A DNA stretch of 64,000 bases from Schizochytrium sp. TIO01 (GCA_004764695.1 SMSO01000031.1:844436-908435), one strand, 5' to 3'. Counted from the first letter of the stretch, positions 1 to 11,181 are shown. Notes: generated by a model from the letters alone, not told the origin. Translations and numbers: made by a program.

Positions 1-643
1 GCACCTACCCAGCACCCGGTCATGCGCCCTACCCCCTCAAGGCCCCAGGAGCATCACATCCAGCAGAGTACTCTTGGATCCCTTGGCTTCGAGCAGCAGG
101 ACATCCCGCATAACAACAACAGCAACAATGGCAACTCCATTTTGCTTAACAACTCGTTCATGAACCTGAGCCTCTTGCAGCAGCAGGAGGAGACCAAGAA
201 GCTTCTTGAACAGCAGGAGCAGCAGCGTCGCCTCGAACAGGAGCAGCGCCTTCGCAACATTTTGCTCATGAACCTTCACAGCGACTCTGTGCGCCAGTTC
301 CAGCAGGAACAAGAACAGCAGCAACGTGAACGCGAGCAACAGCAACAACGCGAGCGCCAATTCCAACAGCAGCAGCTCTTTAACTCTATCCAGCGCGAGC
401 AGCAAGCAGCAGCAACAACAACAACAACAATCCCAAATTAACGCGCAGTCTATCATTGATGCCCTTCGTGCACGTGCCGCTACACCGCCGCAGCAGCAAC
501 AGCAACACAGCCTGAACGACTTTGCCGCTCTTCAGGAGCAGCTCGCAAAGCTTCAGGCACTCCAGCAGCTGCAGAACCTCGAGCAGCACCGCGCCAAGTC
601 GCCGAAGCTCTCCGAGGACATGGGCCACCACCACCACCATTAA
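1..643 (+). CDS. 3' end of a glutamine-rich protein (5' partial), split by an apparent +1 frameshift at ~404
   Basis: Frame 1 is open from base 1 (APTQHPVMRP...SIQREQQ). The polyQ sequence continues in ORF 326..643 (QQQQSQINAQSIIDALRARAA...HHHHH*). Removing one A from CAG-CAAG-CAG at 404/405 joins the two. Confidence 0.7.
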
Positions 644-2486
644 ATTAAACTCATCTGGCGGTCGCGAAAGCAAAACACACACAAGACACAGACACGTGCT
701 GCATTTGCAGAACACGCATAATACGCAAACAGTAAAACATGGCCACCGCAGCGGAGGCGTGTTTTCATCAATCCACGGCATCTTTTAAATTTTTGCGTTG
801 ATTGAAAGGATGCTGAGCCTAGCGAACATCCAATTCATTCATCCATTCATCCCTTTTAGTAGTAGTACCATCATCAAACCAAACCAACCAACGAAACAGA
901 ACCCTTAGTAGAGTTTTGTGAACATATAGCCTGAATACACGTAGACCATAGTCTGAAATGAATTTGTCTTTTTTATTTTATCGTATCCCTTTCTCTCCCA
1001 TAGCTTTATTCTTTTAGATATCACCAAATCTTGTCCCAGAACCAAAAATATTCTCAAGGCCATCCCAAACGTCTTATTGCCTTTCTTGTGTAGGTTGTGC
1101 TTGATTTATTAAAAAGGAGTCAAGCTTTTCACAATGCGATTGCTTTGTTTAACCTAAACATAATAAGAAAGAAGTACGTCTTCGAGACCTTCCAGCACCC
1201 ATGCCTGCATGCTTCTAATCTTGTATCAAGCTTGGATCGCAGAAAACCGGCACAGAAAATGATGCTGATGCAAACTCTATCGATTGCTTGCTTCTCCTTG
1301 ATCGCAGGAAAGTAGAAGTAGTAGGTACGGATACCCCAAACGAGCTCATTACGATTGCTTGCGTCTTTGTCTAAATCTAAGCACTAGGATTTCCCCATGA
1401 ACAGATGCTATGGCGCGAAAGCGCTCCTGGGCACCGGAAAGAAGTCGTGTGATCGCGCCTCTGAAAGCAAAGCCCAGGAACGCAGTCCAAGAATTCCAAC
1501 AAGTACCTACGCGTACAACAAAGCTGACCTACTTGCAAGATGCGTATCTATCATGCTATTTATATCCGCGGATACGAGGAGAGTGCAAAGATCTTCCTTC
1601 CAATGGTGTTTGATAAATAAATAAAATCGTTACTTCGTGACTTGCAGGTGTACTTTCCCCCCTCCCCCTCTTCTTCCCCCTTCTACAGGACCAGGTTTCA
1701 AGGTACTTCAAGCTCTTGACATCCATTTCAAGGTTTCTATTTTATTTTATTTTATTTCATTCCCCCCTTGCTGTCACTTTCCCCGTTTTCAAGTGAATTG
1801 CTTCAATTCAATTCTTTCACTTTAGTGTTTTCCTCGAAGTTTTGATCTTATTGGTTGTTTTTTATTTTATGAAAAACTTATAAAAACGACGAACGACCCG
1901 GAGCAAGAATGGAAAACTTCGTTTCTGAGCTATAGCTTCCCAAGACCGAGAACTGGCCAAAGGGAGCCTGAACGTAACATTGACAGGAATGTGACGACCA
2001 CCGCGTCGTAGAGCTTTGAGGACTGAGCTCAACTTTGCGTTGTAACAGGCTCCTCCTTCCTAGCTGGCGAGAATAATTGCGAAGACCCGTTTCACTGAGC
2101 TGGGGAATACAGAGGGGTGGTAGATCTTTAGTAAAGAGCGAATGAATGAATGAATCTATGTATACCTAGATTAAGCAAGACCTTGTGGGGCAATCACGCT
2201 GGTTGACAACTTACGTCGGTCTAATGATCATCGAATCTGCGAATTATTATGGGCCAGTCAGTAGAACCAGCCTAGAAACTGGAGAACAGGAACAAGTCTT
2301 ATTGCGAAAGCTTCACTACCTAACACCTACGATGATGAGGCATCGCGTAAATAAAATAGATTCATACCTGCTACCTCGCTATCGTCGAAACCTCAAGTTT
2401 CTTTTGGCCAGACATTATATGTGGTGTAATTCCTCACTTCTTCTTTTTTAATTTATAGAAAAGGCTTCGAGAGGGAATGACCTTTT

Positions 2487-5400
2487 CTAGTCTTCGAAAT
2501 CGAAAAGCTTTTTGCCCTTGGGACTGAGGATCGCACGCTCAGAAAGCTGAAAAGAAGGCTTTGATAATGAGCTGGATGAAGGCTGTGTACGCAGAGGAGC
2601 TTGATCAGAGCCAGGCCCATGTGGATTCATGTAAGTTTTGCGACCTGTTCCACGGTGAATCCAGTAAGTGCCTCCTTCTAATGATTTCACTGTACGCCAT
2701 TCAGAGCTTCCAAGTGAAGTGGGAGTCGAGGCGTTGGCCACTCCGCCTGAGTCCGCATTCATTATGCCATTTTGGCTGGATTCGAACATTGCATCATCAA
2801 GAGCGGCAGGACGCTCCCACTGCCATTCCAGATCTCCTTCTCTGCCGTAAAACAACTCGCTGGAGAGCTCATCCAAATACTCAATCCATCCTTGGGCATG
2901 AATACCTGTTTCCACTGCCCGAGACTTCAGAACCAACCACAAATGTCGTGTGCCGCCTGGTAGCTGGCGTGGTCCACCAAGCTGCACCTCATCAGACACC
3001 ACCGTAGTGTTTTGAAGCAAGAAGCGCCGCATTACATTAACCTGCTTCGCGTTCATGTTCAAGGTCTTACGAATTTGACACGTCTTCCAGTTATACTCGA
3101 ACAGACAACGATCATGTGGGCTGATGACACAATTCCACGTGCGATTCTTCTGCTTCATACTCAACCTACGAGCAAGTGTTTTTGCCCGTGCAATGGCCTT
3201 GAAACTTGAAGTTAGACCTGTCATCGTATGTGCGCCTTCGTCAGCTCCAGCTGGGCCAAACTCACTAGAAGGGACTTCCTCCACCGGAGTTGTGTGAGTA
3301 TCATCCCAATCTTTCGGACGATCCCAACACGAGATCCCAGTCTTACGATTGTAGTAGAATTGATCTCCATTGTTTGGCTCCTCAAGACAAACCCATTGGT
3401 CACACGTCATCACTGCGGACGAAGCACCTCGCAAGAGCTCCCACAAATACTCTGTCTGAATCTGATTCGATGAGGCCACATCTGATGCATTCAAGACAAC
3501 CACATAGATTGATTCTTTAGGAAACACAGCCATAGAATCAGGGATCTCACAAGTTAGCTCGCCATTGCTCCAGTTGTACCAAAACAGCTCCCTGCCCATT
3601 GGGGAAACCAACTTCTCCCAAGAAATAGCAGATGCAAGGGATTCAATTTGACCTGTGCGACGAGCAAAATCCTCTGGCACTTCCCATTTTGATTCTCCGG
3701 TCAATACATTGGAGTAGTATACCTCTTCAGACTTGGGATCTACACGTTCTATCCATTCACCGACCTGTCGTCCGGTGGGCGTGGCTCGTGCATTGAGAGC
3801 ACCCCAGAGTAAAGTATCAGGATCTGGCACACCTTCTGCGGTCTCTTCTTCTATGCGACCACTGCTGTCATCATTATCTTCAGTCTCTATCAGCAAAGCC
3901 TTTTGAGATCCCCGGCGACCAAGGAGACTTGCTGGGGTAGAGACAATGTTAGACACCTTCGTATCAACTGTAGGCAGGTCCACTGCTGTAATTGTATCGT
4001 CCATCTCGATAGACTTATTCCAATCTAGACCGTCAAGTCCACTTTCACGAAGATCATTCATGACGTCTTCTGTAGGACTCTGCACCACAAGATCATCGCT
4101 CATCAACATGGCAAATGGATCATCCCCGTCAAAATTTGCTTCCATAGCAGCATAATCGTCGTCGTTGTCGCCTAGTGTGATACCGGCAAACATATCAGAG
4201 AACGATGCTTCCGTCTTGGGAGTCATTGCTGCAAGAGCTGCGTTGCCAGCAGCACTATAAGTGTTTGGCGCTGGCGTAGATTCTACATTGATTTTCAAAC
4301 TCTTACGTACGCTATTGGCTGGCGCAGTATCAAGTTGTGGAGGCTCATTCGCATTTGCGAGCTCCAAGTTCTGTCCGGTGGACTTTGCTCCCCTGCTGCT
4401 ACTAATACTGGACCTTCTAACATTGACAGGTTTCTCTTTCCTGAGCTTTGATACCCGACGCCTGGCTTGATATGCTCTGTACATGGACTGCAGCATGACA
4501 ACATTGTCTAGTAATGGAGAGTTATTGTCATCCTTATCGTGAAACATAAAACCTTTCGGCATTTTCCGAGTAATCTTTGCAGTATGGTTATTAATATACA
4601 AATAGGCACCTACCTCGGGCTCCCAAAGCCGGCTCCATTGTGGCCAATCTGCATTTGATGGTTTTATTTTATTATTCACATCAACGCTTAATTGCTGCCC
4701 ATTCATACCGCTAGTAAGCTCAGGTATTACCTCAACCTTTTTGGTACGAGGCACGTCCAAGCTTGAATAAACATTTCCAGGTTCCTTGTAAACTGGAAAA
4801 TGTTCAATCTCCTCGTTTTGGGAGGAGAGTTCATTGCGAAGAGTATCCAGCTCTTCCTTGTTCACAGAATTGCGTCTTTCTAGCTCCTTCAAAATATCTT
4901 GGCGCTCCTTTGCCTCCGAGCGCCTTCGTTGGACTTCCTCTCGCAGACTTTGAATTTCATTTGCCTCTGATACGTCCATTTGCCTCAACTCTGCCTCTAG
5001 AGCAGCACGAGTGTTATTTTGAGTAGTTTCCAATGATTCTTTCTTCCTTTTCCGTTCTCGCTTGACTTGGTCAAGGTAATCAAGCACAGTTTGCGGAGCA
5101 TCCCACGTCGTTTCCTCTGTATGCCGATTATAGTAGTACTTGAACCCCGATTCCTCATCGATGCAAATCTCCCATCCATCAGGCGTTTCATGAATAGAAC
5201 TTTTTGATGAAGATGCTACGCTTGTTTTTTCTTGGTTGCCTTTATTTCGCTGCTGTGACTGCTGTTGCTGATGGTGATGACTATGGACAACTGGAGGATC
5301 TCGCGACCTTGAAGAACCTGCTCTTGATTGATTACTATTTGGAAGCGCGGCATCTCCACTTTCTGCAACATTGCCATTTTGTTCTGATAGCGGATCGAGA

Positions 5401-6272
5401 AAATTTCTTTCTGATCCAGTTGTGCTTTCAGGAGAATGTTGTGTTGGGAATTGTGAAGATTGTTCCTCTTTCAGGGTATCACGCAAGAGAATATAAAGTT
5501 TGCGTGTCTCAATTTGAAGTATACGCAAGGTTGGTGCAATATGCTTCTCTGAATCTCTTGCTCTGGCGTCTGCTTCCTGATTGCGTCTAATAACGCTTCG
5601 TAGCCTCCTTCGGACATCCCGCACAAGATCTCGCATTGCAGATACTTCCACGCAATCCATAATTGTTAATGAGGAAGCATCTGCTGTGAGCAAGGATGAT
5701 TCCATGCTTGTGTCATGAAGGTTATCTTGTGGCGTTTGCTTCCCAAGGACTTGACTCTCGCCACTGAGTAGAGCTCCGCCGCCACTGCGTGATAACTTGA
5801 CATTGTCATCATGGATATATCGAATTTCTGGCACAAGAGGGAGGTCGACTTTGATACGGTCGCGTAGAACAAAGCGCCGCGCTGCTGGTGTAGTTTCTAT
5901 GCGAGGACTAGAGACATCCTGAGTCTTGAGTGTCTGCACAGGCCCATGTGCATCTGTTCCATGTGAATAGCTCATCCATGAGGAAATGGTGTCTACATTT
6001 TGGCGGCGAACAGCATCACCAACAGGCGTACGTGGTCTTGGTCTATGCTGACGAGTGTCTGATACAGATTTTCTTCGTGAATGTTGGCTTTCGTTGTTTT
6101 TAATACGACCGTGGAGGCGAGTGTTGCGTTGAGACTCTACCCGCCTGTCTAAACTATCTCTATGCTCTCCTCGCCTTCGCGCATTCATACCTGACATGCT
6201 CGGTCCTGGAGGTCTCCAGTCTGCTTTGCGACTCGGTTGATCCTCGCTCCAAACACCACGAGGGCCATGCAT
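2487..6272 (-). CDS. Large protein with ~8 WW/WW-like domains, one IQ motif and a coiled coil
   Basis: 1277-codon ORF; first ATG at 6272, frame open to ~6365. WW-like motifs: DGWEICIDEESGFKYYYNRHTEETTWDAP, GEWIERVDPKSEEVYYSNVLTGESKWEVP, DQWVCLEEPNNGDQFYYNRKTGISCWDRP, QGWIEYLDELSSELFYGREGDLEWQWERP, SEWRTVKSLEGGTYWIHRGTGRKTYMNP plus ~3 degenerate copies. IQ motif: LQSMYRAYQARRRV. Confidence 0.88.
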   Translation of the reverse strand: MHGPRGVWSEDQPSRKADWRPPGPSMSGMNARRRGEHRDSLDRRVESQRNTRLHGRIKNNESQHSRRKSVSDTRQHRPRPRTPVGDAVRRQNVDTISSWMSYSHGTDAHGPVQTLKTQDVSSPRIETTPAARRFVLRDRIKVDLPLVPEIRYIHDDNVKLSRSGGGALLSGESQVLGKQTPQDNLHDTSMESSLLTADASSLTIMDCVEVSAMRDLVRDVRRRLRSVIRRNQEADARARDSEKHIAPTLRILQIETRKLYILLRDTLKEEQSSQFPTQHSPESTTGSERNFLDPLSEQNGNVAESGDAALPNSNQSRAGSSRSRDPPVVHSHHHQQQQSQQRNKGNQEKTSVASSSKSSIHETPDGWEICIDEESGFKYYYNRHTEETTWDAPQTVLDYLDQVKRERKRKKESLETTQNNTRAALEAELRQMDVSEANEIQSLREEVQRRRSEAKERQDILKELERRNSVNKEELDTLRNELSSQNEEIEHFPVYKEPGNVYSSLDVPRTKKVEVIPELTSGMNGQQLSVDVNNKIKPSNADWPQWSRLWEPEVGAYLYINNHTAKITRKMPKGFMFHDKDDNNSPLLDNVVMLQSMYRAYQARRRVSKLRKEKPVNVRRSSISSSRGAKSTGQNLELANANEPPQLDTAPANSVRKSLKINVESTPAPNTYSAAGNAALAAMTPKTEASFSDMFAGITLGDNDDDYAAMEANFDGDDPFAMLMSDDLVVQSPTEDVMNDLRESGLDGLDWNKSIEMDDTITAVDLPTVDTKVSNIVSTPASLLGRRGSQKALLIETEDNDDSSGRIEEETAEGVPDPDTLLWGALNARATPTGRQVGEWIERVDPKSEEVYYSNVLTGESKWEVPEDFARRTGQIESLASAISWEKLVSPMGRELFWYNWSNGELTCEIPDSMAVFPKESIYVVVLNASDVASSNQIQTEYLWELLRGASSAVMTCDQWVCLEEPNNGDQFYYNRKTGISCWDRPKDWDDTHTTPVEEVPSSEFGPAGADEGAHTMTGLTSSFKAIARAKTLARRLSMKQKNRTWNCVISPHDRCLFEYNWKTCQIRKTLNMNAKQVNVMRRFLLQNTTVVSDEVQLGGPRQLPGGTRHLWLVLKSRAVETGIHAQGWIEYLDELSSELFYGREGDLEWQWERPAALDDAMFESSQNGIMNADSGGVANASTPTSLGSSEWRTVKSLEGGTYWIHRGTGRKTYMNPHGPGSDQAPLRTQPSSSSLSKPSFQLSERAILSPKGKKLFDFED

Positions 6273-6329
6273 TCTGTGCACAGCACTCCTTCTGTTCAAT
6301 CCAACTTTATTATGATTCAAGCAATATAT

Positions 6330-7150
6330 TTCCAGAAATGCTTCAATTTGATTTCGACGGTCTCATACACAGCTAGGGAATCCCAGCGCTGCAGGCAAGT
6401 GATTTGAGTGAAGCTATCCTCCAACCCAGCTTACTCGCCTCAACAAACGATCTCAAGCCGCTTCAAACGAGGCCAAGTTCTTGCACATACAAACTCCCGA
6501 ACCCTTGAGTTTTCCTTTAGCTCATGTGTACAAGAGCACACACGCTTTCCTTTTTAGCGTAATGACTATCCTTTATACGCAACTGAGAGTCACCCTAATC
6601 TAACAATAACTCTAGTGCGTAATTTACCATCGATTCCTAAAGAGAGGTATGAGCGCATAACCTTCGTATTTAATATACAGCATCAACAAAACCTTTCTCT
6701 TACTTCAAATGTTCTCCAGTAGTATGGATCAACTAACTGTGCTTTCCAAACTCACTTCAGGTTTTTACTTCATTTACTTTCAATAAATCCATCGCTCTGT
6801 TCATTTTCTCAGAGTGCCGCCCTCACCGGATATATCAGAACCTTAAGGAGTGGGTTCGCCGTCGACTTGCCTCCTTCTTTCTCCTTCTTTACTGTTGTTT
6901 TCTTGTTCTGTTTTTCTACTAGCTAAAGAGGAAGCTCAAGTGAACTTGAACTCATCTGGGGTAGTACATATCTTGACGACACCGACGTCTTTCTCTGAGA
7001 TTTGCGCTCTGGGTCAGAGAAAATAATGCAAACCTATACATCGATATTCCAACGTTTTTTCCCAAGGATTGCACAGTCTCATAGCATGGCTTGACTTGTA
7101 TTGTACTTTCCCGCTCCCAGCAGTCTTCGCGATACAAGTGTAGACATGAG
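6330..7150 (-). pseudogene. Decayed protein kinase domain (NEK-like), directly upstream of the WW/IQ ORF
   Basis: Ordered fragments in shifting frames: LLGAGKY (7123-7103, Gly loop), RERRRCRQDM, LLKVLIY/GEGGTLRK (6827-6804), VWKAQL, LGIDGKLR (6640-6617), LLY/HMS/LKGSG (~6535-6495), LGWRIASLKS (~6429-6400). HRD and DFG are not preserved. Confidence 0.45.
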
Positions 7151-7455
7151 CTCTTATAGCCTATTGAGGCTCCCATATAACTCACTTGTAGAATGTTTAG
7201 AGCCCTTTGCAAAGGCTTCGTTTAGGTCTGTGCTCAGGCAGGAGTGCTTTCGAGAGTTCCACTTCTTTAATGAATTGATTATGCAGGAATAATAAATAGC
7301 CTTGTGTAGGGAGTAATAATTGTGAAGGATAGAGACCAAGAAGGTGAACCAAAACCCCAAACTTTCTTGTGCTGGGAGCGGCGAGAGCCTTCTCTGCGGC
7401 GGTCGGAGGGAGCCGGTCGCAACTGCGGAGAATAAACCGCGGTCTGATCCTCCCA

Positions 7456-10400
7456 ATGCCCGCCACAAGGTCACCGTCGTCGGGTGCGGGCCCGCGAAGG
7501 CGGCATCGAGGGCACGAAGATGAAGATGAAGTTGATGAGGAGCGTCAAGAGCGGGAGGCGAACGCTGCCAAGCGCGATGAAGAAAGCGTAAATGGAGAAG
7601 TGAATCATGAAGGAGAGACTCTAGAAAGTGACAAAGTAGACTCTAGAAATGTAGCTCTTAACTTGCCGCGAAAAGATTCACCTGAGGGGACTGATTCTCC
7701 CAAGAATGATGAAATTGATCATGATCATGAAAAAGTGTATCTAGGGGCAAAGAATAATCAAAATCGACGACGCCAGAATGTGCATCAAGGATCTGGAGAT
7801 AAAAATTCTGGAAATGGCTTTTCTAAATCGACGATTGTAGAAGATGATAAATCCAAGTGTGAGGCTACTAACTCAGATGCTGACTCGGGCGGAAATGCCG
7901 ATGATGAGGGCGAGGATGGAGATGTGGTAGAAGAACCACGAAAAAAGGCTACCAACGAACAACATTTTAGGGATACGCAGCAAGACAAGGAACCGCAACA
8001 GGCTCAAGAGTTGGGGCAAAATGTTTCATCAGGATTGCGATTAACAAAAACAGCACAACAACCAGCCGCTTTGGTCTCGACGAAACGCGGACTTCAAGGA
8101 TCTCCAACACCACCGTCATCAACGTTAGATGTGAACACCTTGTCGACTGTAGAAAACCCGAAACAGGGTCTTGATAAGAAACGAAGAGTCACGGCTGTTG
8201 ATTTGCTGGACCATGGGAAACGCCAAGAAAACGCTGGCATGACAGGAGGAGCAGTAGGTGCGAACGCTTCCCCAGCACAGGGGATGCTAACCACGACCAC
8301 TTTGACAGTGAGTCGGGCCTTCCCATCATCCGCAATATCTTCATCACCTTCGGCATTAGTTCCGAAGAATCTGCACACTGCAGCTTTGCAACAAACTCAA
8401 ACCAGCAACAATCATAATAATACCGAATCAACTCTTGCCCGACCTTGCTGTGCCCTCGGCCAGGTCTTGGGCACTTGGTGGGAACCTTTCCGCCGTGTAC
8501 ATGTTACTATTGAGGGCCGTGTCGACTTTACTATGGAACGTGAGGCGCGCCTCTTACTCTCTATGGCGGGTCTTGTGGAGTCTTTGGAGCTCCGAGAAAC
8601 GCAAGAGGGTATGTTCGGCTTTGCTGTGATGAGTAGAGTCAGTGAGGCTATTCTTGCTGCAGAGCTATGTCACCACCAGCACCTAGCGCAAGGTGAAGCT
8701 ATTCTTATGGCTACATGGGCACAGGGCCAGGATCTTAATGCAGAAGATCTTAACCGCATTGTAGTCACCTTTGGCGACGAAGAACCTGGAATATCCTTTG
8801 ATTGGGTTACTGATAATATCGCGGAAGCCTCTGGTCGTAATCAGGCAATCGAGGACGCTGTGTTCTACCGTTTCTCACATCTCGGAGCAATCAGCAGTGT
8901 TCGAACCCTTATTGTGAATAATGAAGCTCCAAACGACCAGGACTTCTCCGGTATCGCTGTTGTAACTTTTGTAAAACCTGCTGATGCTCTCCGTGCCGTA
9001 GAAGACTGGTCTCTACGTGGCCCCGTTCTCTTACAGAAGCCGAGTATCCGCTGTCTTCATAGTGGTGGGGATTTATTACTGGCTGGGTTAAGCTCAGAGG
9101 ATGTCGCGCAGCAAACTAATAAGCTCGCCCCTCTCAACAAGCGCACTCGTTCCGCTTCACCAAACGATATTGAACACCATCCTGATATCAATACTAGCTC
9201 GAGTGAAGGTGTAGAGCTTGAGGAAACAACTGACCAACCGTTACACCAGCCTAAACGCTCCAAGGCAGCTGCTTCGGAAGCCAAGGCAGCGAATGGTCAA
9301 ACGGAAGGTCGTGTATTACGCATTATGAATGTGCCTGCAACTTCGCGAGATGTTATACAGCATTTTGTCGAGCGCCTGCCAGGTCTTGAGTCGGTTAAAC
9401 TACCGTCTTCAGCAAGCTCTCAACACTTTGGCACGGCGATGTTTACTAGCGCTGCGGCTGCGGAGTCTGCAGCCCGCTCACTTGATAAGCTCAATTTAGG
9501 AGACTCTCGCGGCCAGCCCTTAAAACTCGAATGGATCAACACAGGCCCGCCATCAACTCCAAACTCTGCTACTTCAACATCGTTAGCTGGGCCTACTGCA
9601 TCTACAAGTAGAGCAGCATCGATAACATCAGATGATGATTTGACAGGTCAGGCCTCGCAGCCAGCATGTACTGTTGACAATGATGGTAGCAACACAAAGA
9701 CCGGAGCTTCGGGCCAGTCATCTACAAACGCAGGCGGGGTGGTGGATACACGTAAGCGCCGCACGAAAGAGAGTGGGAATCATGAACGTGGACAACCACC
9801 TCCGAAACATCAAGCAACTGAAGGTGGCGCAAATACCCGCCGTCCACGGTCAGACTCCGGAGCTTCGTCGTATGAAAAGCATAAGGAACGGCGCCTAAGT
9901 ACAGATGTGGCAAGTTCATTCTCCACTTCATCTTTTCGAAGAGGAAGGCCGCGACCCGCATCAACAGGTCGAGATAATGCTCGTCGTCGTGCTGAGCTGG
10001 AGCTTGAACTTGAACTCGAAGCTCAAAGAAGAACCAATGATGACAATGCTGAGCGTTTAGCAGACAACTTTCGCTCTGCAGTGGCATTTGCTCCCTCAGG
10101 TTCATCATCCACTGCCTCATCCAATCGTGAACGGGCCGGATCTCGATCTAGTCAGAGGCTTCTTGATGAGGAGATCGAGGGTCGTGGAGGTGCTTCTGAT
10201 TCAAAATATGTTTCTGACGTACAGGACACATCACATGTGGGACACCATGTCAGTTCCCAGCACCGTGTGATCCCAGGTCACGGTCATACTGTTATGGATG
10301 AGTCTGGCACCATGCGATATGACCCTTCCATGCAATACCCTCCTGCGATGCCTCCACACCCGCATATGTTCCACGCGTCTCCACAGCAACCCATGCATGC

Positions 10401-11181
10401 TGGCCCTACCGGATATCCTGGATATCACCACCCAGCAAGCATGATGTCACATGGCCCGGGTCAGGCACCACCGGCAGGTCCACCAGGCCACTTCTATGTA
10501 CATCATCCTGGCCATCCTCACACTGCAGCATCTATGTTCACCGCTGCGATGCCCTGGCCACCGCCGTATGGAGCTGGTGCCCAAGGCGTACCTGGCTATG
10601 CTGGCCCTCACCAACCAGTCGCTCCAAATATGCACATGGCTTCTCCTTCATCTGCCCCACCAACTCCTCCACATCCCAACATGGACTCGACGACAAAGAA
10701 TGGGCATCTATTAACGCCGCTTCGCGGAGAAGATACCCGAATTAGTTCAGTTGATGCAGGTTCTTCAAGTGTTGCATCAACAAGTCCTCGCTATGGCCCG
10801 AGTAACAGTACTGGTTCTACTGCCGGACGAGCTCGAAAGGATCGCGGCTCCTCGGCACCTTTGGAGACGTCCCGATTATACGTGAGTTTTTCGAAACCTC
10901 TCCCAGAAGATGCCCTAAAGGAAAAGTTTGATGAAGCAGCCCCTGGCCTTGAATATGTTAGTCGTCACAAAGACAAGTGCTTTGCATTTGTCAAATATAG
11001 CTCTGAAGCCGCTGCCAAACTCGCAGTGTTACGTCTGAATGGTTCAGAAGTTCTTGGACAGCCATTGCGAGTTTCTATTGCTCAGCCACCACGAGCAGGC
11101 CCGGGAAGTCATGCTCCAGGCAGTGCTTCCTCCTCGAGCCGCAAACGTCAAAGAACATTTGACCCTGACCACAGAAAGTAA
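7456..11181 (+). CDS. RRM-domain RNA-binding protein with long disordered and Pro/His/Gly-rich regions
   Basis: 1270-codon ORF, first ATG at 7456. C-terminal RRM: RLYVSFSKPLPEDALKEKF...KCFAFVKYSSEAAAKLAVLRLNGSEVLGQPLRVSIA. About three more degenerate RRMs (GMFGFAVM, SGIAVVTF, QHFGTAMF). Confidence 0.85.
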   Translation: MPATRSPSSGAGPRRRHRGHEDEDEVDEERQEREANAAKRDEESVNGEVNHEGETLESDKVDSRNVALNLPRKDSPEGTDSPKNDEIDHDHEKVYLGAKNNQNRRRQNVHQGSGDKNSGNGFSKSTIVEDDKSKCEATNSDADSGGNADDEGEDGDVVEEPRKKATNEQHFRDTQQDKEPQQAQELGQNVSSGLRLTKTAQQPAALVSTKRGLQGSPTPPSSTLDVNTLSTVENPKQGLDKKRRVTAVDLLDHGKRQENAGMTGGAVGANASPAQGMLTTTTLTVSRAFPSSAISSSPSALVPKNLHTAALQQTQTSNNHNNTESTLARPCCALGQVLGTWWEPFRRVHVTIEGRVDFTMEREARLLLSMAGLVESLELRETQEGMFGFAVMSRVSEAILAAELCHHQHLAQGEAILMATWAQGQDLNAEDLNRIVVTFGDEEPGISFDWVTDNIAEASGRNQAIEDAVFYRFSHLGAISSVRTLIVNNEAPNDQDFSGIAVVTFVKPADALRAVEDWSLRGPVLLQKPSIRCLHSGGDLLLAGLSSEDVAQQTNKLAPLNKRTRSASPNDIEHHPDINTSSSEGVELEETTDQPLHQPKRSKAAASEAKAANGQTEGRVLRIMNVPATSRDVIQHFVERLPGLESVKLPSSASSQHFGTAMFTSAAAAESAARSLDKLNLGDSRGQPLKLEWINTGPPSTPNSATSTSLAGPTASTSRAASITSDDDLTGQASQPACTVDNDGSNTKTGASGQSSTNAGGVVDTRKRRTKESGNHERGQPPPKHQATEGGANTRRPRSDSGASSYEKHKERRLSTDVASSFSTSSFRRGRPRPASTGRDNARRRAELELELELEAQRRTNDDNAERLADNFRSAVAFAPSGSSSTASSNRERAGSRSSQRLLDEEIEGRGGASDSKYVSDVQDTSHVGHHVSSQHRVIPGHGHTVMDESGTMRYDPSMQYPPAMPPHPHMFHASPQQPMHAGPTGYPGYHHPASMMSHGPGQAPPAGPPGHFYVHHPGHPHTAASMFTAAMPWPPPYGAGAQGVPGYAGPHQPVAPNMHMASPSSAPPTPPHPNMDSTTKNGHLLTPLRGEDTRISSVDAGSSSVASTSPRYGPSNSTGSTAGRARKDRGSSAPLETSRLYVSFSKPLPEDALKEKFDEAAPGLEYVSRHKDKCFAFVKYSSEAAAKLAVLRLNGSEVLGQPLRVSIAQPPRAGPGSHAPGSASSSSRKRQRTFDPDHRK

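Noticed and set aside
37-781. Poly-Cys/Leu antisense ORFs (37..456, 386..781), and similar ones at 44146..44750
   Set aside because: They are shadows of CAG/CAA polyQ codons on the opposite strand.
1137-1362. Three copies of CGATTGCTT
   Set aside because: Short, irregularly spaced and with no supporting structure or ORF.
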